64,000 nt of DNA from a virus. Both the position numbers and the translations under genes were made by a program. The stretch lies in IMG/VR virus record IMGVR_UViG_3300035660_000001, positions 1-64,000 of that record; one strand, 5' to 3'. Below, one piece after another: positions 18,299 through 27,683 of the stretch. The stretch's first letter is position 1. Every line of letters starts with the position of its first letter. Below the pieces are notes generated by a model, which ran no database searches, was not told the DNA's origin, and was given only the letters and a program-made list of their open reading frames with translations.

Positions 18299-18839
18299 GG
18301 AGCTGGGGGGTCGTCCCCAGCCCGGTTCCGGATCGGGAGCCTTCCGGAAGGAGGATGTGTTCTTCCCTGGCTTTTTATGCCAGGAGAAGGAGACTGCAAA
18401 GTCCTTCATGTCGGTCCAGGCGAGGTGGCTCCGTCAGCTCGATGAGCATGCGATGGGGAGGAGCAAGATTCCTCTCCTTAATATTTGTTTCACCCGTCCG
18501 GATGGGGTTCGGGAGTGGATGGGGTTTCCCGAGAACGACGTCGAGAAGGTCTTGCACTATAACGTGGAATCGTGGCAACTAGGTATCGCCCAGCACCCGC
18601 CGTTTCACACCCCGAACAAGAGCCTCCGGGTCCAGGTGTGTCACCTTGATGAGGCTATCCGGGACCGCAAAAGGGAAGGGGATTATGATTATACTCTTGT
18701 CCGGCTCGACTTTCCCATCCTTCGTCCTCCGGCGCCTCGGATGTGGTATCTGATGCCGCTGGATGATTTTAAGAGGGTCGTCGATCCGTCACTCCTAGGA
18801 AAGAAAGCACAGTTAGGGCATGCCGGAAGCAAATCCTAA
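18177..18839 (+). CDS. PD-(D/E)XK Holliday junction resolvase-like protein (start uncertain)
   Basis: HEKKLAKELGG..QPGSGSG...EDV...QEKET. Confidence 0.7.
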   Translation: MRYARRMPGRSFDPSWQSRGRTFINVSRHPLGIAHEKKLAKELGGRPQPGSGSGAFRKEDVFFPGFLCQEKETAKSFMSVQARWLRQLDEHAMGRSKIPLLNICFTRPDGVREWMGFPENDVEKVLHYNVESWQLGIAQHPPFHTPNKSLRVQVCHLDEAIRDRKREGDYDYTLVRLDFPILRPPAPRMWYLMPLDDFKRVVDPSLLGKKAQLGHAGSKS

Positions 18840-19065
18840 GTGCGACTCGTGCGGGACGGAGACCGTTCCGTTCGCCGACGATGGAAGGGTGAGGACTTAC
18901 TACTGCATGCAATGTAATGTAGAAACCAATAACCGAGGAATAGCGATATGGAGTTTGAGTTCGATTCCGGATCCCGCCCTGGTCGAAGAAGAAGGGCCTC
19001 CGGACGTGATTTCAACCGAGGATTTGCTGATGGAGGAAGAGGTTGGAAGTCGTGACGATTCTTGA
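18820..19065 (+). CDS. small zinc-ribbon protein
   Basis: CDSC...CMQC. Confidence 0.5.
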   Translation: MPEANPKCDSCGTETVPFADDGRVRTYYCMQCNVETNNRGIAIWSLSSIPDPALVEEEGPPDVISTEDLLMEEEVGSRDDS

Positions 19066-19096
19066 TTTACTCGTCCCCCTAATGTTGGGAGGTTTT

Positions 19097-19471
19097 ATGA
19101 AGACCCTCACCGCCTCGGTGATCATGCTGGTGGCCTTATGGGTCGGCGTGACCATCTCGGAAGAACTTAACGGGCCAAACGCCCAGGAAATTGCCTCCCG
19201 GTTTCAATATGCCGGGAAAGTCAGATTAACCCACTACGTCTACGGGAAGGTTACCTCGAGCGGAGCCAAGGCTTGCTCAAGCATCGTAGCAGTGGATCCC
19301 GCCCTCTTCGCAGAGGGGACGATCCTTTACATCGAAGGCGTCGGGTTCCGCTGGTGCGGGGACAAGGGAGGCCTCGTCAAGGGCCGCCGGGTCGACTTGC
19401 GGGGTCACCACGTGGACCCGCCGGACTCGGTAAACGTCTGGGTGGTGTTCGATCCCCCGAAGAAGAAATAA
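19097..19471 (+). CDS. secreted 3D-domain (MltA-like) cell wall hydrolase
   Basis: Hydrophobic N-terminus; LTHY..TSSG..VAVDP..GTILYIEG..DKGG..KGRRVDL. Confidence 0.8.
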   Translation: MKTLTASVIMLVALWVGVTISEELNGPNAQEIASRFQYAGKVRLTHYVYGKVTSSGAKACSSIVAVDPALFAEGTILYIEGVGFRWCGDKGGLVKGRRVDLRGHHVDPPDSVNVWVVFDPPKKK

Positions 19472-19478
19472 GGTTGGG

Positions 19479-19826
19479 ATGACGAGGGACGACTGGAAGG
19501 AGGCGATCCTCGGATGGTCGATCAAAATACTTGCCGGGACAATGGGGGTCGTGATTATGAAGGCTATGCATCGTCTAACCGGATTAGACATTTTCTCCTT
19601 CCCGAACCTTTCATCTGTGGATCAGGTGGGGTCGTTCGTAGGGATGTGGGTGGCGGGCGTGTGGATACTCGAAAGACCCATTCAGAGTTTCGTAAAGTTA
19701 TTCCGGCATGAGGATCCCGAACCAGATGGAAGAGAGCAGTGGCTAGCTGAGGAGAGGAGGAAGGAAAAGGCGAAGGAGGAGGAGCCTCCGGACGACGGCA
19801 AGATCAGGGTGATAGGTTATCTATGA
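19479..19826 (+). CDS. membrane protein (2 TM; possible holin)
   Basis: Two hydrophobic segments and a charged tail; next to the 3D hydrolase. Confidence 0.5.
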   Translation: MTRDDWKEAILGWSIKILAGTMGVVIMKAMHRLTGLDIFSFPNLSSVDQVGSFVGMWVAGVWILERPIQSFVKLFRHEDPEPDGREQWLAEERRKEKAKEEEPPDDGKIRVIGYL

Positions 19827-19911
19827 AACGGCTAGCCCGTTCGACAGGGGCGTTTGATGGGCGAGATCCTTTTATCAAGAGCAAACCATCGGCGGGCTGG
19901 CCGCTACTTGG

Positions 19912-20127
19912 GTGATGGCAGTCTACACGGACGGGAAGCACCTGGTGGCGGATACCCTGGATGAGCTCCACCGTTTTGCAGAGAAGATGAATTTGAAGAG
20001 ATCGTGGTTTCAGGATCATCGGCATCCGCACTACGATCTCACAACCAAGAGAGCAGTCATGCGGGCAATATCCGGAGGGGCTACGATGATTACCCCTCGG
20101 GAGGCGGCCAGCGTAATGACTATCTAA
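19912..20127 (+). CDS. DUF4031-like protein
   Basis: HLVADTLDELHRFA...RSWFQ...HYDLT. Confidence 0.85.
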   Translation: MMAVYTDGKHLVADTLDELHRFAEKMNLKRSWFQDHRHPHYDLTTKRAVMRAISGGATMITPREAASVMTI

Positions 20128-20136
20128 GGAGGAACC

Positions 20137-20337
20137 GTGGATGCAATTCTGAGGTTCGTCGTTGATCACCCGCAAGTTCACGATGCCTTGTTCTGGATCC
20201 ACGTGATCAGCGGGCTCGTGGTCTTTCTGGTGGCCGTGGCCGCCCTTACGCCGCTTTTATGGTTTCTCGTCGATTCATGGCTTCGGGAGAACATCAAATA
20301 CACCTACAGCCGGAAGTCCAATGAGTATATTGGATGA
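20137..20337 (+). CDS. small membrane protein
   Basis: AAGGAGG SD; one long TM segment. Confidence 0.55.
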   Translation: MDAILRFVVDHPQVHDALFWIHVISGLVVFLVAVAALTPLLWFLVDSWLRENIKYTYSRKSNEYIG

Positions 20338-20521
20338 AGATAAGGTCATTTCGCTCGGAGAGGACGCCATCAGGGAGTGCGCCGCTGAAGGCCACCAGGA
20401 TAAGATGAAGTATTTTGGCTGGGATCGATGCCGTTGCGGAGAGGTATTTTACTGTCCCAAGTGTGGGCAGTCTGTTGTCCCGATCGGAGAATTTGTGGGA
20501 GGATGCGAGGAGCACAAATGA
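20321..20521 (+). CDS. small Cys-rich hypothetical protein
   Basis: Coupled ORF; CRC..CPKC. Confidence 0.5.
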   Translation: MSILDEDKVISLGEDAIRECAAEGHQDKMKYFGWDRCRCGEVFYCPKCGQSVVPIGEFVGGCEEHK

Positions 20522-20898
20522 AGAGCTTTATCAATGCGATCAGGGGGGTGTTTGGCTGGCGGGAGCGGATGGTTCCCGTCCAGCCGTTGTGCCACGTTTT
20601 GGAGATAGTCGGCAAGGCCGGACGAGGTCGGAAGCTGGACGGCGGGAGCATCCACTACGTCACGATTGACCGTGTGGTTTTCAAGTGCTCGGTATGCGGG
20701 GTGAAGAAGGAATACGCCACGCTTCCCGTCAACCGCTACAGTGAGGAATATATCGACCTTATCAATCAAGTCCACAGGACCGCCTTCGGAGACGATCCGA
20801 GCGACTTTGGATTTGATACCAATGAGGTTATCCGGACGGTTTTCGATGCGATCATCACCAGGGGAAAGATTCCCGTTTCGATGGGGGTAACGAGATGA
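20518..20898 (+). CDS. hypothetical protein
   Basis: Coupled at both ends. Confidence 0.55.
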   Translation: MKSFINAIRGVFGWRERMVPVQPLCHVLEIVGKAGRGRKLDGGSIHYVTIDRVVFKCSVCGVKKEYATLPVNRYSEEYIDLINQVHRTAFGDDPSDFGFDTNEVIRTVFDAIITRGKIPVSMGVTR

Positions 20899-21923
20899 AG
20901 AAGCACGTGAGAAAGATATTCGGGAAGAGGCCAAAGGGACGGACGCCCGACCCGGTCAAAGAAGCCCTTAAGGGCGGGGAGAGCCCGAGTGAGGCTACTA
21001 CCCCTCCCCAGGCTGGTGAAAGCCCCCCAGAAGCCCCTGTAGCCCCCCTGGAAGCCCCCCAGGTGGAGCCTCAGACGTCTGTGACCGCTCCCGGAGAGGG
21101 AGTTACCCATCCGGAGGGGATCCAGGGGGTCACTGCCGTCCCGGGCGTGGTCCAGATGGTCGACCCGGACAAGCTCGTGGCCAACGACTGGAATCCCAAC
21201 CAGATGACGGACGATGAGTTCGATACCCTCGTGGAGCAGATCGCCACGGTGGGGTATATCGATCTGGCTCAGGTCATTCCCCTCGAGGATGGAACTTACC
21301 GCATTCTGGGCGGGGAACACCGGATCAGGGCGATTAAGGTTCTGCGGGAGAGGGATCCCGAGAAGTGGTGCCAGATCCCCGTGAACGTTTTGACGGAAAC
21401 CAGGTTCCAGGACGTGGACCTCCAGAAGTTTCTGACTGTCCGGCTGAACGTCCTGAAGGGGAAGATGAACCCCGTGAAGTTCAAGAAGCTCTACGAGGAC
21501 ATGGCCGTCCGGTACGGCGATGAGGCTCTGCAGAAACTGTTCGCCTTTACCGATCGTTCGAGGTTTGAAGAGCTCTTGAAGAACGTCGGGGAAGGCTTGG
21601 AGCATTCGGGGGCCCCCAAGAGGGTTGTCGATGAGTTCGCCCGCATGTCCAAGAACGTCAACTCGATGGAAGGATTGTCTGCTCTCCTCCGGAAGCTGTT
21701 CCTAGAGCACGGGGATCAGCTCCGGTCGAATTTCATGGTCTTTTCGTACCGGGGGAGCGACAAGAAGATTCTATTCGTAGTGGCCAATGATGCCGTCTTT
21801 GATCTTGCCGAGCAAATCGCTACCCGTGCCTACGATCATGGGCAGGATGTGAACGAGCCCTTTGAGCAGGCTTTCCGCTGGTTTCAGACTCAGAACCCGG
21901 TGCCTGCGGCAGAAACTCTTTAG
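20895..21923 (+). CDS. ParB/Srx-like domain protein
   Basis: VDPDKLVANDWNPNQM...YRILGGEHRIRA. Confidence 0.88.
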   Translation: MKKHVRKIFGKRPKGRTPDPVKEALKGGESPSEATTPPQAGESPPEAPVAPLEAPQVEPQTSVTAPGEGVTHPEGIQGVTAVPGVVQMVDPDKLVANDWNPNQMTDDEFDTLVEQIATVGYIDLAQVIPLEDGTYRILGGEHRIRAIKVLRERDPEKWCQIPVNVLTETRFQDVDLQKFLTVRLNVLKGKMNPVKFKKLYEDMAVRYGDEALQKLFAFTDRSRFEELLKNVGEGLEHSGAPKRVVDEFARMSKNVNSMEGLSALLRKLFLEHGDQLRSNFMVFSYRGSDKKILFVVANDAVFDLAEQIATRAYDHGQDVNEPFEQAFRWFQTQNPVPAAETL

Positions 21924-21946
21924 GCAAAGCAGAAGGAGACCCATCC

Positions 21947-22789
21947 ATGATGAAGATCGAAGAAGTGGAAGTCCTGCGGAACAAGAAGCGGGACTTTCTC
22001 GACCGTCTCGAGAAGTTCATAGCCGTGTCCCACCTGAACGGCGCCCGATCGGCGGGACTCCGGGCTAAGGTGGATTGGCTTTACGAGCTTCGCCGCCAGA
22101 AGAGCGACGAGGTGAACGACGTAGTCGAGTCGTTCATGAAGTCGCTCGAGTCCACCAGGGACATGTGCGGAAGGGCCGTGGAGTTCCTGCAGGGCTACAA
22201 GGATGTCGCCCAGAGGACGCAGGAGACGGCCTCGGCCATGATGGAGCGTGGGATGATCAAGATGATCACCGACGACGACATCGGCTTTAACTTCTCCGGA
22301 GATTCCTTCCTCCTTAATTGGGAGAAGGGCGTCTCGATGATCAACGACGCCTCGGAGGAGTTCTTCTACTACATCCTCGTCCTGCTCTTCCCGGCCTGGG
22401 TCGATCCGGCCATCACGAGCGGACAGATGGAGATCGTGCGGACGTTCGGGGCATCTCTGGCCCGGACGAGACCATCCAAGCATGAGGAGGATCGCCTTCT
22501 CAACCCGACCGACCTGAGCATGGCCTACGTGACGGACCTTTCGGTCAGCCTCGAGAACCTCACCCTCGAAGATCTGAAGAGCAAGTATATCGCATCGCTC
22601 GTAAACTCCATCAGTGACATGGAGCGGAAGATGATGGAGTTCCGGGGGCAGGTCGCCGACGAATGTAAGCGACTGCGGGAGCTCGAACGGACGTTGCAGT
22701 TGGCTCCCCTCCCGGAGGTGCCGGTTCCTCCGGCTGTGGAGTCCCCGACCGTTCCCGAACCGCCAGCCCCCCAACCGCCCGCCGTTTAA
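21947..22789 (+). CDS. hypothetical coiled-coil protein
   Basis: 280 aa ORF with AAGGAG SD. Confidence 0.7.
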   Translation: MMKIEEVEVLRNKKRDFLDRLEKFIAVSHLNGARSAGLRAKVDWLYELRRQKSDEVNDVVESFMKSLESTRDMCGRAVEFLQGYKDVAQRTQETASAMMERGMIKMITDDDIGFNFSGDSFLLNWEKGVSMINDASEEFFYYILVLLFPAWVDPAITSGQMEIVRTFGASLARTRPSKHEEDRLLNPTDLSMAYVTDLSVSLENLTLEDLKSKYIASLVNSISDMERKMMEFRGQVADECKRLRELERTLQLAPLPEVPVPPAVESPTVPEPPAPQPPAV

Positions 22790-22804
22790 CCCGGGAGGTG
22801 CACC

Positions 22805-22984
22805 GTGGGACCGGTAACTAAAACCGTTGTCCTCAAGATCATGCTTAAGGAGGGGGAGCCGGATACGGCGATCCCCGAGTTCCTTGACGCCCTCCGGACG
22901 GGAAAATCAGAGGGAGTTCAAACCATGATGAAGGGAATGAGCTTTGAGGTCTTTGAGGACATTAGAAGCGTTTCCATTTCCTGA
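22805..22984 (+). CDS. small hypothetical protein (59 aa, not in the ORF track)
   Basis: GGAGGT SD; MGPVTKTVVLKIMLKEGEPD...SVSIS*. Confidence 0.55.
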   Translation: MGPVTKTVVLKIMLKEGEPDTAIPEFLDALRTGKSEGVQTMMKGMSFEVFEDIRSVSIS

Positions 22985-23014
22985 TTTACGCCGTTCAACA
23001 CCTGGAACGAATGG

Positions 23015-23794
23015 ATGCCAAAACATTTTCGCGGTAGAGTCAATAGCGGGGGAAGGACGTTCATCAAGAGGGCTATTCCTCGAGCGAAGATTGAACGTCT
23101 TCGCGGTCTGCTCTGCTTTCCCGAGATAGACCGTCGGGTTAGAGAGGGACAGCCCGCACTTAAGATAGCGGAGTTCGTCCAGTCTCAGGGCGAATACAAC
23201 GACGTTAAGCTCGAAAGCCTTCGCCGGGTCGTGGACGCCTACCGAGAGGCCATCCCGCCCGGTGAGCTTATCTCGACCCGGATCCCGCCCGCCATAACCA
23301 AAGCCATTGAGAGCCTCGAGAGCGGAATCTATTCCATCAAGAAGCTGAAGGAGCTCTACGCCAAGCAGGAAGAGCGTCTGGATATCGATCTCGCTACCGA
23401 GCGGCAGATTCACAAGATTTTCAAGAATGCCCTTGAGTTTGAGGTCGCCAGAAAGATTCTCGTATCGATCATTGAGAAGGAGATGGACCTCGGGATTTTC
23501 AGGCGCCATGTTCCCTGGATGGAAGGTGGCGGGGCAGATGACATGAGCAAGATCATGACCAACGCCGAGCGGCAGTTCGGGCACAGCCGGGCGCTCATGG
23601 CGGTCCTCTCGACGCCGGAGAAGCGGACCCGGGTGCTGAGCGTCATTCGGAAGCTCCGAAGCCTCGGGCCTGAAGGCATGACTAAGCTGATCGGCTTGAA
23701 GTCGTCCATCGACACGGTGCAGAGAACGGAGGGCCAGGATGACGGCGGCGGGCGGAGACGGGGCAGTGCTGAGGTTCGGGTCGAGGTTGAATGA
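23015..23794 (+). CDS. putative terminase small subunit
   Basis: Helical protein overlapping the terL start; assigned mainly by position. Confidence 0.5.
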   Translation: MPKHFRGRVNSGGRTFIKRAIPRAKIERLRGLLCFPEIDRRVREGQPALKIAEFVQSQGEYNDVKLESLRRVVDAYREAIPPGELISTRIPPAITKAIESLESGIYSIKKLKELYAKQEERLDIDLATERQIHKIFKNALEFEVARKILVSIIEKEMDLGIFRRHVPWMEGGGADDMSKIMTNAERQFGHSRALMAVLSTPEKRTRVLSVIRKLRSLGPEGMTKLIGLKSSIDTVQRTEGQDDGGGRRRGSAEVRVEVE

Positions 23795-25788
23795 TTGAAA
23801 CCTCCGGAGGTCATAGCCGGAGCGTCCGGACGGTCGATGAGGCTCTCCTCGATGCCCTCCCCGAGTTAAAGGGGTTGGATCCCGATGAAGTTGCCGCCAT
23901 CATGGAGTATGTCCGGAACCTCGATGTTATTGGGGAGGACTACGAGAAGACCCTGAGCAGTTTGGAATACACTAGCCAGCCCGTAGATATCGAAACCTTC
24001 CTGACCAACGATTACTTCTTCGGGCGGTTGGGGATCCAGGTTTTTCCTAAGCTCATCGACGATCTCTTTGAGCTATTTTCCGGGGAGTATTATGAAGCCC
24101 TGGTGACAGGAGCGATCGGATGGGGTAAGACCACGATCGTGGACATCGCCGAGCTTTATTCTCTTTATCAGACTTCCCTCCTGCGGAGCCCGCAGAAGAC
24201 CTACGGGCAGATGGAGACCACGTCGATCGTTATGGCCTTCATCTCGATCACCCTCAAGCTCGCCAAGCACGTGGTGTTTGGAGAGCTTGCCGCCATGCTG
24301 AACGCCATCCCCTACTTCCGGGAGCAATTCCCGTTTGCGGAGACGCAGGAAGAGCTTAGGTTCCCGAGCAATATTTACCTCTCCGTCGCCAGCTCCCAGG
24401 ACACTTCCGTCCTCGGGCAGAACGTCATATCGGCTGTCGTGGACGAGACGAACTTCATGGACTACGGCCCGAAGAATAAGGGCGTTCCGATTTTCGGGTC
24501 GAGGATTTACGGGAAGGCCGAGGGCCTTTACTACGCCCTGAGCCGTCGTATGCAGTCCCGTTATCTGAAGCATGGGAAGCTCCCCGGCATCCTGTTTCTG
24601 GTGTCGTCCAAACGAAGCAAGACCGACTTCCTGGACCGGAAGATTTCAGAGGTCAAGAACGATCCCCATGTGTTCGTGCGGGATTATTCGCTGTGGGATA
24701 CTCGGGAGCAGGTCTTTCTGCAGAGCAAGCGGTTCCGGGTGTTCGTCGGAAACGAGCGGATCCCGTCCCGGATTCTGTCTCCGGGCGAGGAGCCCCTTCT
24801 CGAGGAGGGGTGTTTTATCATTGAAGTCCCGGAAGACTTCCGGAAGAACTTTGAGGACGATATCGATGGTTCTCTTAGGGACTTTGCCGGGATCTCCACG
24901 ACGGCGATCAACCCGTTCATTCACCGGCGTGAGAAGATCGCCCAAGCCTTCGATCGTGGCCGGGAGAGGAAGAACCCCTTCCGTTGCGGAGGAAGCCTTG
25001 TCCACATGAGCGGGGAGCGATACACGATCGACTGGGACTATCTCTGCACGACCAACGAGCGGGGAGAGAGGGTCCCACGGGAGTGCCCAGATGCCCCACG
25101 GTTCGTTCACATCGACACCTCGAAGTCCGGCGACCGGACGGGTGTGGTCATTGCTCACTCTGCGGGGAAGGTGCGGGTCGCGAGACAGAAGAGGGAAGAG
25201 TCCGAGGAGAACGTCCTCATGGAATACTTCGAGGAGGTTCCCGTCATCCGGGCCGACCTTACTTTGGCTGTCCAAGCTCCTCCGGGCGGGGAGATTAGCT
25301 TTGCGGAGATCAGGGGTATCATCTACGACTTCATAGAGCACGGGTTCCACATCCTGAAGATCACGATGGATACCTACCAGAGTGCGGACTCCATCCAGCA
25401 ATTCAACGCCCGGGGCATTGAGGCTACCATCCAGTCCGTGGACACGACGCCGGAGCCCTACCGGGCCTGCCGGACGTCCCTCTACGAAGATCGGGCGATT
25501 CTTTACCACTACTACATTCTCGAGAAGGAACTTCGGGAGCTTCAGTATGACGTCGCCAAACAGAAGATCGACCACCCCGAAGGGGGAAGCAAGGACGTCG
25601 CCGACGGGCTGGCCGGGGTGACCTTCCAGATCGACCTGCACACCGTGTCCGGGGCAGAGCTTCCAGAGCCACGGCTGGGGATCAGCGAGTCGCCCGAGCC
25701 GGAGGATGAGGGGCCCAAGGGGGATGCTTGGGTGATCGGGGGATTGATACCGAAGGAGCAAGAGAGGGGAGGAGGATGGCGAAGATGA
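23791..25788 (+). CDS. terL: terminase large subunit
   Basis: Walker A TGAIGWGKTT, Walker B SAVVDE, RNase H-like HIDTSKSGD..TMDTYQS..KIDHP..KDVADG. Confidence 0.93.
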   Translation: MIETSGGHSRSVRTVDEALLDALPELKGLDPDEVAAIMEYVRNLDVIGEDYEKTLSSLEYTSQPVDIETFLTNDYFFGRLGIQVFPKLIDDLFELFSGEYYEALVTGAIGWGKTTIVDIAELYSLYQTSLLRSPQKTYGQMETTSIVMAFISITLKLAKHVVFGELAAMLNAIPYFREQFPFAETQEELRFPSNIYLSVASSQDTSVLGQNVISAVVDETNFMDYGPKNKGVPIFGSRIYGKAEGLYYALSRRMQSRYLKHGKLPGILFLVSSKRSKTDFLDRKISEVKNDPHVFVRDYSLWDTREQVFLQSKRFRVFVGNERIPSRILSPGEEPLLEEGCFIIEVPEDFRKNFEDDIDGSLRDFAGISTTAINPFIHRREKIAQAFDRGRERKNPFRCGGSLVHMSGERYTIDWDYLCTTNERGERVPRECPDAPRFVHIDTSKSGDRTGVVIAHSAGKVRVARQKREESEENVLMEYFEEVPVIRADLTLAVQAPPGGEISFAEIRGIIYDFIEHGFHILKITMDTYQSADSIQQFNARGIEATIQSVDTTPEPYRACRTSLYEDRAILYHYYILEKELRELQYDVAKQKIDHPEGGSKDVADGLAGVTFQIDLHTVSGAELPEPRLGISESPEPEDEGPKGDAWVIGGLIPKEQERGGGWRR

Positions 25789-25994
25789 TCGTTCAAGCTG
25801 TTTTGATCGATGCGGATATGTCCACGATAACAGGGATGGGCTTTAACCCGAAGGGGCTTCAGGCTCTCGCCACGAAGATTATGGGCACGGAGGTGACTAT
25901 CGCCGGTGAGGGTGCGGGCAAGGTTATTGCCTCGAAGGTCGAAGGTCGAAGGGTGATTGTGGATATCCGGATGAAGAAAGGGCTGTGGTTATGA
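25776..25994 (+). CDS. hypothetical protein
   Basis: GGAGG-rich upstream sequence; overlaps the end of terL. Confidence 0.5.
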   Translation: MAKMIVQAVLIDADMSTITGMGFNPKGLQALATKIMGTEVTIAGEGAGKVIASKVEGRRVIVDIRMKKGLWL

Positions 25995-26443
25995 GTGTCC
26001 TTCCACGTCTCCCCCGGAATTACGAAGAGGATCCCGATCTGATATATATGTGGAGTAAGATATGCGAGGCGTTCAAACTGAAGAACATGTTTTACGTCAC
26101 GTGCCCGGAATGCCACCAGCAGACCGTCGTTCGTCTCGGCATGCGGAAGTGCCAGATCAAGCACCTTCTCGATTGCTGTCTGCATGCCGTTTCGGGAAGC
26201 CTGACGAGGGAGGTTCTAGATCGGGCGTTCAGGGAGGCCAATAAATATACCGGAAGGAACCCGGACGTCTGGGTAATTGGTCATGGGGAAGATCATGCCC
26301 GTCAGGAATGGGAGAGAATAGTTCGGGCAAACGGGTTGGAACCTGGGGTCCCGTCGAGGCCAGCCTACGGTGGTGTCGTGAGGCAAGTTCCAGACCGTCC
26401 GGTTCTCGTTCCACCTGAAGGTCTAACTTACGATATAGAGTAG
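25985..26443 (+). CDS. hypothetical protein
   Basis: CPEC motif; coupled ORF. Confidence 0.5.
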   Translation: MVMSVLPRLPRNYEEDPDLIYMWSKICEAFKLKNMFYVTCPECHQQTVVRLGMRKCQIKHLLDCCLHAVSGSLTREVLDRAFREANKYTGRNPDVWVIGHGEDHARQEWERIVRANGLEPGVPSRPAYGGVVRQVPDRPVLVPPEGLTYDIE

Positions 26444-26445
26444 CC

Positions 26446-26682
26446 GTGCCCGAACTGGTCTATGATAAACTTCTCGAGGCTCTTCCTCTCTGCCCTTCCT
26501 GTGTCCGGAAGATCAAGCACAATAAGAACCGGGGTCTGAGGAAGTGCTCCAAGAAGAAGATGATCGCCGACTGCCTGAACGATCGTGGCCATGACACCCG
26601 CCGCTGGCCAGCTCTAGGCGATGCCCGGAAAGTGCTTCGGAGGATGGGAATTGCGACGTCTAGTTTGACCGAGATAACTTAA
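26446..26682 (+). CDS. hypothetical protein
   Basis: Short basic ORF in gene-dense context. Confidence 0.45.
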   Translation: MPELVYDKLLEALPLCPSCVRKIKHNKNRGLRKCSKKKMIADCLNDRGHDTRRWPALGDARKVLRRMGIATSSLTEIT

Positions 26683-26688
26683 CCCTTA

Positions 26689-27297
26689 ATGCGAGGAGGA
26701 AACGTGAGAGGAAGCGTGGAACACGGATTTGGTCATTGGCTGGTCGATCTCAAGATGAACGTTGGGAAGGACGTTGCCGTGGTCTTGAAGGAGACGAAGG
26801 TGTGCGTTCTCGAAACCGTAATTGGGCGCCTTATCGCGGTGGACACGGACAAGAGGGTCGTCCACATCGAAGGAGGCGCCGTTTTCAATGCGAGCGTTCC
26901 GCAGATTGTCCCGGATCATCCAGCAAAGAAGATTCGGGTGAAGCCGACTTATAACTACGTCGGCCTGGGGGCGGTCGAGCCGATCCGTCCCGGCAAAGCC
27001 TGGGCCGTGAACTGGATCGCGCTGGCGTCGATCCCCGGAGAGCTCATTCAGGAGGTCGTCGTTAGGGATAACGGTCTCGGCCCGGGATCCAATGATCCGC
27101 TGGGTGATCTCAAGAGGGGCATGGAGAAGATTCTAAATACTCCTTACCAACCCCCGGTAGACGTTCCCTTTAATGAGCCCTACAGCAAGAGGTTCTGGGA
27201 TGCCTTCTTCAGGTCCATGCGAACGTCGTCCCGTAGAGCTACGAGGCGCTCATTCTTGGCGTGGGTAAAGGTTCGGGCGAGAAGAATAATTCCGTGA
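26689..27297 (+). CDS. hypothetical protein
   Basis: About 200 aa ORF; the GAGGAGG SD suggests a start near 26704. Confidence 0.6.
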   Translation: MRGGNVRGSVEHGFGHWLVDLKMNVGKDVAVVLKETKVCVLETVIGRLIAVDTDKRVVHIEGGAVFNASVPQIVPDHPAKKIRVKPTYNYVGLGAVEPIRPGKAWAVNWIALASIPGELIQEVVVRDNGLGPGSNDPLGDLKRGMEKILNTPYQPPVDVPFNEPYSKRFWDAFFRSMRTSSRRATRRSFLAWVKVRARRIIP

Positions 27298-27311
27298 ATC
27301 CAAAATACCAC

Positions 27312-27340
27312 TTGACTGTGAAGTTCAGATACGTTATAAT
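27312..27340 (+). promoter_or_regulatory. near-consensus sigma70 promoter driving a non-coding region
   Basis: TTGACT-17 nt-TATAAT. Confidence 0.85.
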
Positions 27341-27345
27341 GATTT

Positions 27346-27683
27346 CGGCGGGCGTGGGAAGTGGGCTGGGGGATAGGCTATCCTGTCCGGCTGAATCCTA
27401 AGCCCGGAAGCCAGGGGATAGGTACTGCTTCCTCCCTGCCCGCCGTAGAACTTATTGAGTTCGTGTGGGTGAATAAAATCTCACGGTGAGGTGCCACCAC
27501 CCTCGGAAGGGAAGCACCAAGGTAAACCCCCGAGCGGGCTCGTGAACTTACTAAACTGGCGGTGCGGTGTGGTGGGAACACGCCCGATGACCGAATGTAG
27601 GCGTTGCACGCTGTCGGGAGCGGGTTCCGTATGAACCCCTATAAAAGCGAAACACGTAAGCCGGTTCGAATCCGGCCCCGCCC
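27346..27683 (+). ncRNA. cluster of three structured RNAs, the last tRNA-like
   Basis: No plus-strand ORF; closing stems 27346-53/27438-45 and 27456-65/27541-50; T-arm GCCGG-TTCGAAT-CCGGC near 27660-27676. Confidence 0.7.

Noticed and set aside
13753-25788. Inteins in RecA or the terminase
   Set aside because: Lengths are normal and no intein N-terminal, C-terminal HN or LAGLIDADG motifs are seen.
27346-27683. Whole region as tmRNA (similar length, T-arm at the 3' end)
   Set aside because: No G3:U70 alanine acceptor, no typical tmRNA 5' end and no convincing tag ORF. The 5' segment pairs better locally with 27438-27445.
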